A stretch of 64,000 bases of DNA from an uncultured bacterium (GTDB lineage: Bacteria; Actinomycetota; Acidimicrobiia; Spongiisociales; UBA5794): positions 1 through 64,000 of the forward strand of contig CAWDDT010000011.1 in assembly GCA_963801165.1 (NCBI GenBank), in the 5' to 3' direction. Shown here in pieces: positions 1 through 9,786 of this stretch (the stretch's first letter is position 1; each line of letters starts with the position of its first letter). Below the pieces are notes generated by a model. It saw only the letters and a list, made by a program, of their open reading frames with translations, did no database searches and had not been told where the DNA came from. A program made the translations under genes and the position numbers.

Positions 1-89
1 TTCGGCGAGATCGTGTTCGGAGAGTAATGAGTCAGCAGCAGCGCCATGGCAGGGCAGAAGAAGATCCTCCGCCGGGTTGATCACGTCTG

Positions 90-1338
90 ATGGGAGGTCC
101 AGGATCCATCGCGGGGCGCACGAGATCGGCGGGAACTGCATCGAGGTGGCGAGCGGACCCAGCAGGATCGTGCTCGACCTCGGGCGACCGCTGACCGCCG
201 GATGGGATGAGCCGTACCGCTCCCGAGATCGCCGGACTGGCCTCCGGCCGACGACGCGCACGGCGTGGTGATCAGCCCATCCGCATCTCGACCACTAGGG
301 ACTGGCGGACCAGCTTCATCACGGGACGTGCCGGTGTACCTCGGTGCCGAGGCCGCCCTGCGTACTTGGAAGCGGCCGCGTTCTTCGCGCCGCCTCCAGA
401 GACCTCGGCTCGCCGGGACGCTTCATGACGGTGCGCCGCTTCGACTCGGCCCGTTCACCGTCACGCCCTACCTCAACGACCACTCCGCCTTCGACGCCTA
501 CTCGCTGCTCGTCGAGGCCGACGGACAACGTCTCTTCTACACCGGCGACATCCGCGGCCACGGACGCAAGCCGGCATCTTCGAGGAGCTGCTACGCAAGC
601 CACCGACCGAGGTCGACGTGCTCCTGATGGAGGGCACGAACATCCGGTCTGAGCCAGGTGCCGCAGAACGAATAACCGAACAGGACGTCGAGGAGGCATT
701 GCTGTCCACACTGCTGTCGACCCCTGGCCTCGTCGCCATCTTGTCGTCCGCTCAGAACCTAGACCGCCTCGTGACGGTGTTCCGTGCGACTCTTCGGTCC
801 GGGCGGACGCTCGTCGCCGACCTCTACACGGCGAGCGTCGCCGGGCAACCGGCCGACCCTCCATCCCGCAGCCCGGCTTCGACGGTTCGAGGTGTACGTG
901 CCGCAACGACAACTCCACCGGATCGTCCAAACGAAGAATTCCAGCGAGTCTCCGAGATCGCTCGACAGATTTCCTCGCGCTTCCCCGAGCATCTCGCTAC
1001 CCAGCGCGGTTCAACTCGCCTACTTCGGCGCGTCGTCGACTGCACCGAACTCCGTCGAAGCCAGGCGCTCTGCACGACGGTACGGTGGTCTGGTCCCTCT
1101 GGGAGGGCTACCTCGACCAGCCAGACGGCCAGGCGACTGCGTGAGCTACTGCAGAAGGCGGAAGTCCCGCTGCTCCACCACCACACGTCCGGTCACGCCC
1201 GTGTCGAGGACCTCGCCCGGCTCGTCGAGGCCTTCGCTCCAGCCGCGTCGTGCCGATCCACTCGGAAGCGGCGACCGGTTCCCCGAGCACTTTCCGCGAG
1301 TCGAGCGCTACGCCGACGGCGAGTGGTGGGGAGTCTGA
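90..1338 (+). pseudogene. MBL-fold metallo-hydrolase, RNase J/beta-CASP-like, split by several frameshifts (real decay or sequencing error)
   Basis: Fragments across frames give RIHRGAHEIGGNCIEV..IVLDLG, S-H-P-H-L-D-H (HxHxDH, across a 1-nt shift near 275), DHSAFDAY, YTGDIRGHG, MEGT, HTSGHA and PIH; ends ..GEWWGV-TGA at 1338. Likely ATG at 90 overlapping an upstream TGA. Confidence 0.8.
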
Positions 1339-1339
1339 C

Positions 1340-2656
1340 ATGAAACTGAAAGCGCTCGCCCAATGGGCGAAGCAAACGCAACCGGGACGTCGACCATCCT
1401 CGGACAGGTCGCTGTCCCTGATCGTCCAAGCTGCCGCGTTCCGTGGAATGGTGCCCCCGCAGTCGGCGTCGGCTCCGACGCTAAACGGGAAAGGCTACGG
1501 ATCAACGCCGTACTCGAGGGGGTGTCGCGGGTCCCTAGCTCGCAGAGAAGCCGCCGACGACACGCTCCGCCTCATCCTCGGCATCCCCAAGGAGAAAGAC
1601 GCTGCACGACCCCGGCTGAAGGAGCACTTCGGGGCGATCGGAACAATAATCGGCGACTTCGAGTCCGGCCCCGCATTCGTGTCTGGCTCCTCACACCATA
1701 TGGTAAGCCCACAGGAGATCACCGTCAACAAGCCGGCGTTCACAACGACAACGCCCCAGCGATGGAGCAAAATGCTGATGTCCTAGCGCCGCCAAGCCAG
1801 TGGAGGGAATGGCAGCCGAGCTCGTCGCCGCCATCCACCATCCATCGTTTCGTGCTTTCTACCCAAACCTGACGTCACAGACGTCGGCCGAACCGTGGCA
1901 GATGCGACTCGATGGCCTCGCATCGGCAGCGCCGGTCCGCGGCCGCAACGCTCGAGCTGGCAAGCAGTAGACCAAGCGCTGCGGGGAGCCGCGCGAACGT
2001 GGCCGGGCGGTCGGACAAGACCGATTCCGTTCGGCCATCGTCAAGAACCATCTCATCACGTTGATCAACGAGCTGATCGACTCGTGGACCTCAGCAGACA
2101 ACCCCGCCGCTGTGCTGAGCCACGGGCAGCCGGAGCACGCCCTTGAGGCCCATGTGCTCAGGCACGGCTCCAGCTCACAACAGCAGACACGCTGCTCTAC
2201 CCCGCCGTACCGTTTCAGCTCCGGCGTGCTCGGTGCCGCGGAGTTCCCGACGCTGTGGGGAAATGTCACAAGTCCGGCCAGGTACCTCGACGCCCTCCTC
2301 TGTGACGACGGGCGGCGCCCGTGGGCCGCGGAACTCAAGGACCAGGGACGCCGGCGGGGGGCACGGCGCCTACCTCCGAGACGGCATCAGTCAAGCCGTC
2401 CTGTACCGCCACTTCATCCGATCCGCTGATCCGCTGGAGCCGGGTTCGACACCATGGGCTCAAGCGCCTCGAACGCCGTGTGCCGCGCTCGCCTTCCCGA
2501 CCGCAGCCGCCGGTGACGGCGAGGGAGGTCGCTCGGCTTCGCGATCTCGCCAGCCGCTACAGCGTCGAAGTGATCGAGTTCGATCCGTCCCGGCGGCGCT
2601 GGGCCGTAGCAGGCAAACGACGCCGGCGGCGATCGTCCGGTCACTTCGTATTCTGA
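1340..2656 (+). pseudogene. PD-(D/E)xK restriction-endonuclease-like protein, frameshifted
   Basis: ATG 1 nt after the MBL stop. C-terminal fragments read EHALEAHVL..EFPTLW..RYLDALL..PWAAELKD..YLRDGISQAVLYRHFI, giving the D..ExK and QxxxY motifs of the fold. Confidence 0.6.
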
Positions 2657-2657
2657 A

Positions 2658-3959
2658 TCACAGGCCTTCATCTCTGGGATCGACCATGATTGGCGCACGG
2701 CCCGTGGCGCTCTCGAAGGAGTCTGCGTCCGTGAGCTCGCTGACCAAACGCTCGACCCATTCACGGTTGTACAGATGCCGCTTCACAGACGAGACGTACT
2801 CGCAGTACCTCTCGTCAACTTTCTCGGGGCCCCCGTCGGTCGGCCGAGACCTTACACCCAGCTGGTAAGTCGCTTCGGTGTGCATGTTGATGGTGAACCG
2901 GAACGGGATCCGGGCTTCTACCTCCTTGACAACCTGAGTGGCGATAAGGTTGGGCCGCGGGGGACGAATGACCTTCGGAAGCACAACGTACTGATCGAGC
3001 GCTTCGGCAAGTTCGTCGGGGACCTCACCCTGGCCGAGCAAAGAACGCCACGGCGTCAGGATTCCGACCGGAGGGTGGCACCGCCGGGATGAAGGCTACC
3101 CGGAGGATGAAGGTCGGGTCCCCCAACAACTGCTGGTCGCTTCCGGCGACCTGGCTGAGGAACGCCTGCACGTCAAAGGGCAAGGAACGCTGGAGTGCCT
3201 TCACGGATCGAAGCACGCCAGGGTCGTGGAATCCGCTCAGCTGAAGAGGGACAGATAGCGCCCCCGCAAGCTGATACCCATCTCCAAACACATCAGACAA
3301 CTGCTTCTCGAAGTTCAGTAGGGCGGATTGCGCTTGAGGGATCACGATGGAATCGAGTGCTGGCAGATGCCGACGTGCGACAGCGTTGCGAAGCGACACC
3401 CAGTACTCAATGTTGCTTCGCAGTCCGTGATTCTCTGGGTCCGGGAACGCCTCAGCTACCAGGTCGGACCATCCAGCCTTCTCGAACCCGCCGATGGCAC
3501 TCTGTGCGCCATCGGGAGCCAGCTCGCGCCACTCGCCTCCGTTTTTCTGGAGAACGGCAATCGCGAGGCCGTTCCACGCGGTCACGAGATGCAGGCTGAA
3601 CGATCCAGTCCGGAAAGACGCGATCGGATCGTTCCATATTCGCAAAGCAGACAGGGCAGCCGCCCGAGCATGCTGTAATTGCTCCTCCCAAAGCATCGGT
3701 ACAACCCCCCGTGGTCGACCACCCAGGGACCGGACCTGGTTCTCCAGGTCAGCTATTCGATCCGACTGTCTTGATGGTCGAGTCGTCTCGATGCCGAGGA
3801 CTTGACGGATGAAACGGTCAAACCGTCGACCATGCGAACGCACCGTCCACATGCTCAAGCTGACTCTTCCCTCGCCCGCGCCCCTCGTCCCACTCGGCGA
3901 GCAGCCACGGCTAGCTCGACATCGTCTTCGGGGAACTCGTCCATGGCTTCGATCTCCAT
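2658..3959 (-). pseudogene. DUF3644-like (HEPN-type) protein, frameshifted near 3030-3040 and in the N-terminus
   Basis: ORF 3025..3978 has HARAAALSALRIWNDP..FRTGSFSLHLVTAWN and LRNAVARRH (Rx6H). It continues in ORF 2658..3041 (FTINMHT..YCEY..YNREWVERL). Confidence 0.65.
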
Positions 3960-4063
3960 CGGCAAGGGTACCAAGCACGGGCAGCGGAACCCGGATGCTG
4001 CCGCGGAGTAGCGACCTTCGTGCCGTCAGCCAACACGCCTGCAGCGCTCTTAACGCCTGGTCC

Positions 4064-4138
<75 letters not shown>

Positions 4139-4196
4139 TCGCTTGGGACGACGGATTGTAGTCCCTTTCGCGGCCATGTGAATCGCCTGGCGATCG

Positions 4197-5809
4197 CTAC
4201 CAGGGATTGTTGAGTTGATCGATGATGGCTTGGCCCCAATCGGTGGGAACCAGCGGCCAGTTCTCGGTAAGGCATTCGTCGACGGTCCCTCCTTCGAGCA
4301 TGACCGGTCCGTTCTGCGCCGAGAAGGACCACCCGATGTATGGGATCTCCAATCCCTCCGCAGTCGTCATCAGCTCCTGAGCAACCGCTATCGACTTCAT
4401 GTAGGTGCCGTCCGGCCCGAACTCGCCGATGATCACCGGCAGGGTCTCGGCGGGGCCGATGAACAGGTCCTGCCAGTCCCCCGGTGGGTTGTACGCGTGG
4501 GTCTCGTAGATGATGTTGCTGCCACCGCCCGCTGTGATCGGGTGCGACACGTAGTACTCGAGGTTACGGGCATAGTCCTGCGTGCCCTGGACTGCGATGA
4601 GGTGGTGGGGCCCACCATCGGGCTCGACCGCACGCAGAGTCGCAACGGTCGTGTTCATCGCATCCCAGACGGCCGCGTCGCTGGTGCCGTGCGGTTCATT
4701 GGTGACGCCATAGATCACCTGTGGCGAGTCGATAAACGTCTCAGCCAGCTTGGTGTAGACAGGCATCGACGCTGCGGTGGGCAACTCGTAGGCATCGTGA
4801 TCGGGATGGTCGAACATCGTGACCATGACATAGACGCCCGGCCTGGTCCCGATGTGATCAACGATCTTCTTGACGTCGGCGAGGTACTGCGGATCCTCGG
4901 TGATGTCCTTCCACTGCACGACGGTGTACCCGCCCACCTGGTTGCTGGCCCAACTCACCAGGTCGAGACGGAAGAAGTTGACGTGCCAGTCGTCGATGAG
5001 CACATCGATGCGGCGGATCCACTCATCTACATCGGGGACCGTCCAGCCGCACACGCCGGCGTCACGCAAGTCGAAAATGTTGACACCACGGCCGTGGAAC
5101 CGGCTCCCGTCCGGCAGCAAGATCCGGTTCCCTTCCGTGTACAACCATCCGGTCGGCGGCGGACCGGGGAGCGTCGGCGACCCGAATCCGCGGTAGAGAA
5201 AGGCGGCCATCTGCGCCCGGGTGACATGATCGTCGGGGCAGAACCGGGTATTCCCCTCCGCCGGATTACACCCCTTGGTCACCCCCGCCGCAGCCAACCT
5301 CTCGATATCGGCCTCGAACACCGAACCATCGTCATCGACAAAATCCGCCGACCCCACATCCGAATACCCAAACGACCGCACCAAGAACGCAGCCATCTGC
5401 GCCCGCGTCACAAACTCGTCAGGACAAAACCGGGTATTCCCCCCGCCGGATTACACCCCTTGGTCACCCCCGCCGCAGCCAACCTCTCGATATCGGCCTC
5501 AAACACCGAACCATCGTCATCGACAAAATCCACCGACCCCACATCCGAATACCCAAACGCCCGCACCAAGAACGCAGCCATCTGCCCCCGCGTCACATAC
5601 TCGTCGGGACAGAACCGGGTATTCCCCTCGGCCGGGTTGCACCCCTTGGTGATCCCCTCGCTCGCCAGCCATGCGATCGCCGTTGCGAACTGGTTGCTCG
5701 CAGCAACGTCGTCGAATGAGATGGCGGCGCGGGCGGGCGAGCCAGGCAACAGCACACCGAGTGCTCCCACCACGGCTAGGACGACCGTTCCGGCAACCAA
5801 CCGCCGCAT
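4197..5809 (-). CDS. Secreted SLH-repeat protein with GH5 (cellulase-family) catalytic domain; one 1-nt deletion frameshift near 5442
   Basis: Signal peptide MRRLVAGTVVLAVV, about 3 repeats of GVTKGCNP..FCPD..VTRxQMAAFLxR, and GH5 motifs YGVTNEPH and IIGEFG. The repeat at 5437-5450 lacks the T present in the sister repeat (ttcccctccgcc). Confidence 0.8.
5200..5660. repeat. Tandem ~180-bp repeats encoding SLH-like domains
   Basis: Near-identical blocks such as gcagccaacctctcgatatcggcctc..aacaccgaaccatcgtcatcgacaaaatcc at about 5290 and 5475. Confidence 0.85.
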
Positions 5810-5892
5810 TACAGGCTCCTTCGCTTGCGGCGTGAGCACCATAACCAGGGTCGTGCGGGTACCCCCGTCGTGCGGGAAAGGCGGTCGGATCG

Positions 5893-7335
5893 CTACATCG
5901 GGTAGTGCTGCCCCGGATCTTCGATGGTGATCCAGCGCAGGACGGTGAACTGGTCGATCACCGCCTTGCCTCCAAACCGCCCGTACCCGCTGCCCTTGAC
6001 ACCACCGAATGGCGCCTGCGCCTCGTCGTCAAGGGTCGAACCGTTTATGTGACAGATGCCCGAGTCGATCTCCGACGCCACCTGGTAGGCGCGGCCGATG
6101 TTCTGGCTGAACACAGCGGCCGACAACCCGTAGTTGGTGTCGTTGGCGACCCTGACGGCTTCCTCGTCACCCGACACCCGGACCACCGACTTCACCGGGC
6201 CGAACGACTCCTCGTGGTAGATCCTCATCTCCGGGGTGGCGTGGTCGATCAACGTCGGCTGCACGATCGCCCCGTCGACACCCCCACCTGCGACGACCAC
6301 AGCACCCTTGGCGACTGCGTCTTCGATCAGCTCGGTCATCTTCTCCCCCGTCTCGGAGGAAACCAGCGAGCCGAGCGGGCTGTCTCCCCGTGGGTCACCG
6401 GCGCTCAAGCCGGCCACCCGTGCCCCCAGCAGGGCGACGAACTCATCGGCGACCTTCTCGTCGATGACGAGCCGCTCCGTCGACATGCAAATCTGCCCCT
6501 GGTTCATGAAGCAGCCAAACGAGGCCGCGTTGACTGCACCTTCGACGTTGGCGTCATCGAGCACCACGAGTGGCGCCTTACCGCCGAGCTCGAGGAGCAC
6601 CGGCTTCAGATGCTCGGCAGCCAGCTTGGCGACGATCTTCCCTACCCGCGTAGAACCGGTGAAGTTGACGTGGGCAACGTCCGGGTGTTGCACCAGAGCG
6701 GCCATGACCTCGGGGGCGTCCTCCCGGGCGTGCACGATGTAGTTGATGGCACCGGCGGGAAGTCCTGCGCTTTGCAGCACCTCGACGATTAGCGCATGGG
6801 TGCCCGGGGTCAGCTCAGACCCCTTCAAGACGATGGTGTTGCCGCATGCCAGCGCCATCGCCACCGCCCGCACACCGAGGATCACCGGGGCGTTCCAGGG
6901 CGCTATGCCGACGCACACACCCAGCGGTTTCCGTACCGCAAGTGACAGCGAGCCCGGCTTGTTGGTCTGGAGCACCTCGCCGGTGATTTGGGTGGTCATC
7001 GAGGCCGCTTCCCGCAGCATCGAGGCCGCCAGGAACACGTTGAACCCGCCCCAGGGACCGGTGGCACCCGCTTCCGACATCATCAGCTTGATGAAGTCCT
7101 CGGTGCGCTCCTCCAGCAGATCCGCCGCCTTTAGTAGCACCATCCTGCGGGCTACCGGCGGCTGCTGCGACCATTCAGGGAAAGCGGCCTTCGCCGCCGC
7201 CACGGCGGCATCCACGTCCGTCGGCGAAGCCGCCGCCACCGTTGTCGCCACGAGGCCGGTGACCGGATCTATGCGATCGAATGTCTTCCCGCTAGCAGCC
7301 GGACGTGCCTCACCGTTGATGATCAGATCGATCAT
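5893..7335 (-). CDS. NAD-dependent aldehyde dehydrogenase (vanillin/salicylaldehyde dehydrogenase-like)
   Basis: PWN, FTGS, LELGGK, NQGQICMS, EESFGP and PFGGVKGSGYGRFGG motifs; SD GGAGG. Confidence 0.9.
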   Translation of the reverse strand: MIDLIINGEARPAASGKTFDRIDPVTGLVATTVAAASPTDVDAAVAAAKAAFPEWSQQPPVARRMVLLKAADLLEERTEDFIKLMMSEAGATGPWGGFNVFLAASMLREAASMTTQITGEVLQTNKPGSLSLAVRKPLGVCVGIAPWNAPVILGVRAVAMALACGNTIVLKGSELTPGTHALIVEVLQSAGLPAGAINYIVHAREDAPEVMAALVQHPDVAHVNFTGSTRVGKIVAKLAAEHLKPVLLELGGKAPLVVLDDANVEGAVNAASFGCFMNQGQICMSTERLVIDEKVADEFVALLGARVAGLSAGDPRGDSPLGSLVSSETGEKMTELIEDAVAKGAVVVAGGGVDGAIVQPTLIDHATPEMRIYHEESFGPVKSVVRVSGDEEAVRVANDTNYGLSAAVFSQNIGRAYQVASEIDSGICHINGSTLDDEAQAPFGGVKGSGYGRFGGKAVIDQFTVLRWITIEDPGQHYPM

Positions 7336-7368
7336 TTCGAGACCTCCTCCATGTTCGAATCTAGTTGT

Positions 7369-7390
7369 TTGTTGACAAAACTGTCAACAA
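7369..7390. promoter_or_regulatory. Putative GntR operator upstream of the ALDH gene
   Basis: Perfect inverted repeat TTGTTGACA-N4-TGTCAACAA. Confidence 0.7.
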
Positions 7391-7396
7391 TTTAGC

Positions 7397-8032
7397 CTAC
7401 ACAACACCGGCATCGCCCCACCGGCCGAGCACGTCGATCACAGACTGGAGATGATCACCCATCGCGGCGGCTGCGGCGTCCTCGTCGTGGGCGGTAATGG
7501 CGTCGACGATCGCAACGTGCTGTCCCAGCGACACCTTCTGCCGATCCGGCACCATTGCCAGACGGTACTGGTTCTGGACGGCCCGATTGCGCAGATTCTC
7601 GAGGATCTCGGCCGCCGCCGTGTGCCGGCTGATCTCACGAATCCTGCGATGCAAATCCTTGTTGAGGCCCGAATACTTGGAGGCGTCGTCGTTGTCGACG
7701 GCATAGCGCATGTCCTCGATGATGCCCTGGAGCTCCTTGACCTCGTCGTCGGTTGCGTGGCGAGCCGCACGAGACGCCACCAGGGCTTCGAGCACCGAGC
7801 GAGCCTCGGTCATCTCGATGGCCTCGGCAACGGTTACACGGCGCACCACGGCGCCGCGATTGGCCTGGCGCTCGACGATCCCCTCCGACTCGAGCTGGAG
7901 CAGCGCCGCCCGTACCGCCGCTCGGCCGCAGTCGTACCGCTCACAAAGGCTCAGCTCGACCAGGCGCTCCCCCGGCATGAACACGGTTTCGAGAATGTCC
8001 GCACGCAGCTCCTCAACCACGGACCTCACCAT
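7397..8032 (-). CDS. GntR/FadR-family transcriptional regulator (FCD domain)
   Basis: PGERLVE..GRAAVRAALLQLESEG winged HTH; C-terminal N..LH..I..H..IVDAI..D..M..H. Confidence 0.92.
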   Translation of the reverse strand: MVRSVVEELRADILETVFMPGERLVELSLCERYDCGRAAVRAALLQLESEGIVERQANRGAVVRRVTVAEAIEMTEARSVLEALVASRAARHATDDEVKELQGIIEDMRYAVDNDDASKYSGLNKDLHRRIREISRHTAAAEILENLRNRAVQNQYRLAMVPDRQKVSLGQHVAIVDAITAHDEDAAAAAMGDHLQSVIDVLGRWGDAGVV

Positions 8033-8092
8033 CGGCCTCCTTCCCTTCTGCGTGCCACACCGCCGCCGATCTCGCTATCCGCCTCATGCAAT

Positions 8093-8137
8093 CTCTTCAT
8101 CCCCGGCCTCTTCATCCCCGGCCTCTTCATCCCCGGC
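8093..8137. repeat. 15-bp tandem repeat x3 (ctcttcatccccggc)
   Basis: Read directly; on the minus strand it encodes MKRPG repeats. Confidence 0.9.
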
Positions 8138-8327
8138 GCCCTACGCTACCCGGGTTGGCGGCCGATTCGATCTTCATCGGCGCGAGCCCGCACCCAGCGC
8201 CAACGGACCGCTCACGTGTCTCGTGGCCGGCACGTTGATACGGTTGCACATCACGGCGACTCCCCCGGCCTGCGGGCCATGCAGGTGTCGACGACCCGCG
8301 CTGGTGTGTCGTGGGGTCATTGCCCAG

Positions 8328-8372
8328 CACACTAACCATTGTCCTCAATATTGTCTACAGCATCGTCAACAA
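8328..8372 (-). promoter_or_regulatory. Promoter (TAGACA-17-TAGTGT) overlapped by a second GntR-type operator
   Basis: TTGTCTACA-N4-CGTCAACAA at 8351-8372 resembles the 7369-7390 palindrome and covers the -35. Confidence 0.6.
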
Positions 8373-8503
8373 ACTTGATACTCCGATGACAACGACCTCA
8401 CCAGCCTCCGAAACCCGGCAACCCGCCGCCGATCGCCCACATCGTCGAGGCCGAAGACGCCGAATCGCCGTCGTCAAATGCATCATTCGCTCCGGATAGG
8501 CTC

Positions 8504-9106
8504 TCAGCGGAACTCGCCAAAGCGAGCCGGGTCGATGCCGTACCGGCTCACCACCTCCGTCACAGCACGTCGCCGTTCTTCGGAACCACCGTTGCCCGCC
8601 CGGATCACCTCGTCGGTAAGTGCCGCGATCGCCGCCGAGGTCGGCTCGTCGTAGGCCCTGCCATCCGGGGTCATCCTCGTACGCGGAGCGCCGATGCCAA
8701 GCGTGCCGACCACATAGGCGCCCTGCCACGTGAGGGTCCAGACCAGTTGCTCGATGGCGTGCGCTCCCCCGGTCGTTCCTGCGCTGATCACGCCGACGAC
8801 CTTCTGGTAGAGCGTGGCTGCACCGACCAGCCAGTCCAGCGCGTTCTTCACCGACCCGGCCACCCCGGCGGCGTACTCGGGCGCGGCGATAATCACCATG
8901 TCGGCGGCGGCGAGTTGCTCCCGGACCCGGGCGACCGCGTCGGGGGCGTCGTCGCTTTGGGAAGGGACAAACGGAGGCACGGCGACCAAGCCTGCGACCA
9001 TCGCCGACCCCACGCCGGTCTCCCGGGCCCTGGCAGCGACCGCCGCCAGCGCCATCTCGTTTGTCGAGCCCTCGTTGAGGCTGCCGAGCAAGAGACCGAG
9101 TTGCAT
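8504..9106 (-). CDS. NADPH-dependent FMN reductase family protein
   Basis: LLGSL..GSTN, IAAPEYAAGVAGSVKNALDWL. Confidence 0.88.
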   Translation of the reverse strand: MQLGLLLGSLNEGSTNEMALAAVAARARETGVGSAMVAGLVAVPPFVPSQSDDAPDAVARVREQLAAADMVIIAAPEYAAGVAGSVKNALDWLVGAATLYQKVVGVISAGTTGGAHAIEQLVWTLTWQGAYVVGTLGIGAPRTRMTPDGRAYDEPTSAAIAALTDEVIRAGNGGSEERRRAVTEVVSRYGIDPARFGEFR

Positions 9107-9194
9107 CCCGACGAGGCTACCGGCCGGCGCCGCTTTCGATGGCGTGTCGTGTTTATTCAAGACACCCCGGCCACAGAGCCCTAGCTTGCGCGTC

Positions 9195-9770
9195 ATGACC
9201 GACAGAATCGACCTTCTCGACGAGATGCTGACCGAGGCACACCGTCTCATGGACGGGCTGGCCCCCGGTCAGCTCGACAACAAAACCGCGTGCACCGACT
9301 TCGACGTCCACGCCCTTCTCGATCACATCGCCTGCTGGATCCAGGTCTTCGACCGCTCCGTGAACGAGCGTCCGCTCGATTTCGATCCTGCCACCTTCAC
9401 TCTGAAAGCCGGGTGGTCCGACGTCTTCGCCACCGCCGCTTCCGGTGTCCTGGCCGGTCTCCGGGCCGGCGGGTATGACCGTCCGATGACGATGACCGCC
9501 GACCCGATTCCGGGCACGATGGTGCTGGACATGCTGTCGATGGAGTACATCGGGCACGGGCTCGACCTGGCAACAGCGACCGGTCAGTCCCACCGGTTCA
9601 CCGGCGAGCAGGCCACCGACGCGTTGGCCGCCGCCCGCCGCATGATCCAGCCTCAGTACCGCGGATTCGACCCCGGCCAATTCCACCCCGCCGTCGAGGT
9701 TGCCCCCGACGCGAGCCCGATCGTGCGCTTCTACGCATTCCTCGGTCGAGATCCGGCATGGCTGACCTGA
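9195..9770 (+). CDS. TIGR03086/DinB-like (mycothiol-dependent maleylpyruvate isomerase N-domain) metal-binding protein
   Basis: TACTDFDVHALLDH, EYIGHGLDLATATG, FLGRDP; leaderless layout TAGCTT-7nt-ATG. Confidence 0.82.
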   Translation: MTDRIDLLDEMLTEAHRLMDGLAPGQLDNKTACTDFDVHALLDHIACWIQVFDRSVNERPLDFDPATFTLKAGWSDVFATAASGVLAGLRAGGYDRPMTMTADPIPGTMVLDMLSMEYIGHGLDLATATGQSHRFTGEQATDALAAARRMIQPQYRGFDPGQFHPAVEVAPDASPIVRFYAFLGRDPAWLT

Positions 9771-9786
9771 TCGTTGTGCGATCATC

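Larger units (their letters stand above)
1..4063. mobile_element. Probable end of a genomic island at the 3' end of tRNA-fMet; no integrase in the window
   Basis: Nuclease-type accessory genes lie directly downstream of the tRNA 3' end, and the dense frameshifting stops abruptly at the tRNA. Confidence 0.5.

Noticed and set aside
1-90. Identity of the ORF fragment at the left edge
   Set aside because: Too short and in an error-prone region; cannot be assigned.
5408-5842. Separate SLH-only gene upstream of the GH5 gene
   Set aside because: Comparison of the repeat copies shows a single 1-nt deletion, so both ORFs are one gene.
4215-5930. Long antisense and alternate-frame ORFs (e.g. 4215..5930, 13761..15551, 28845..30188, 58745..60304, 59479..60834, 62655..63848)
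   Set aside because: Shadow ORFs of real genes, expected at this GC content; no recognisable motifs.
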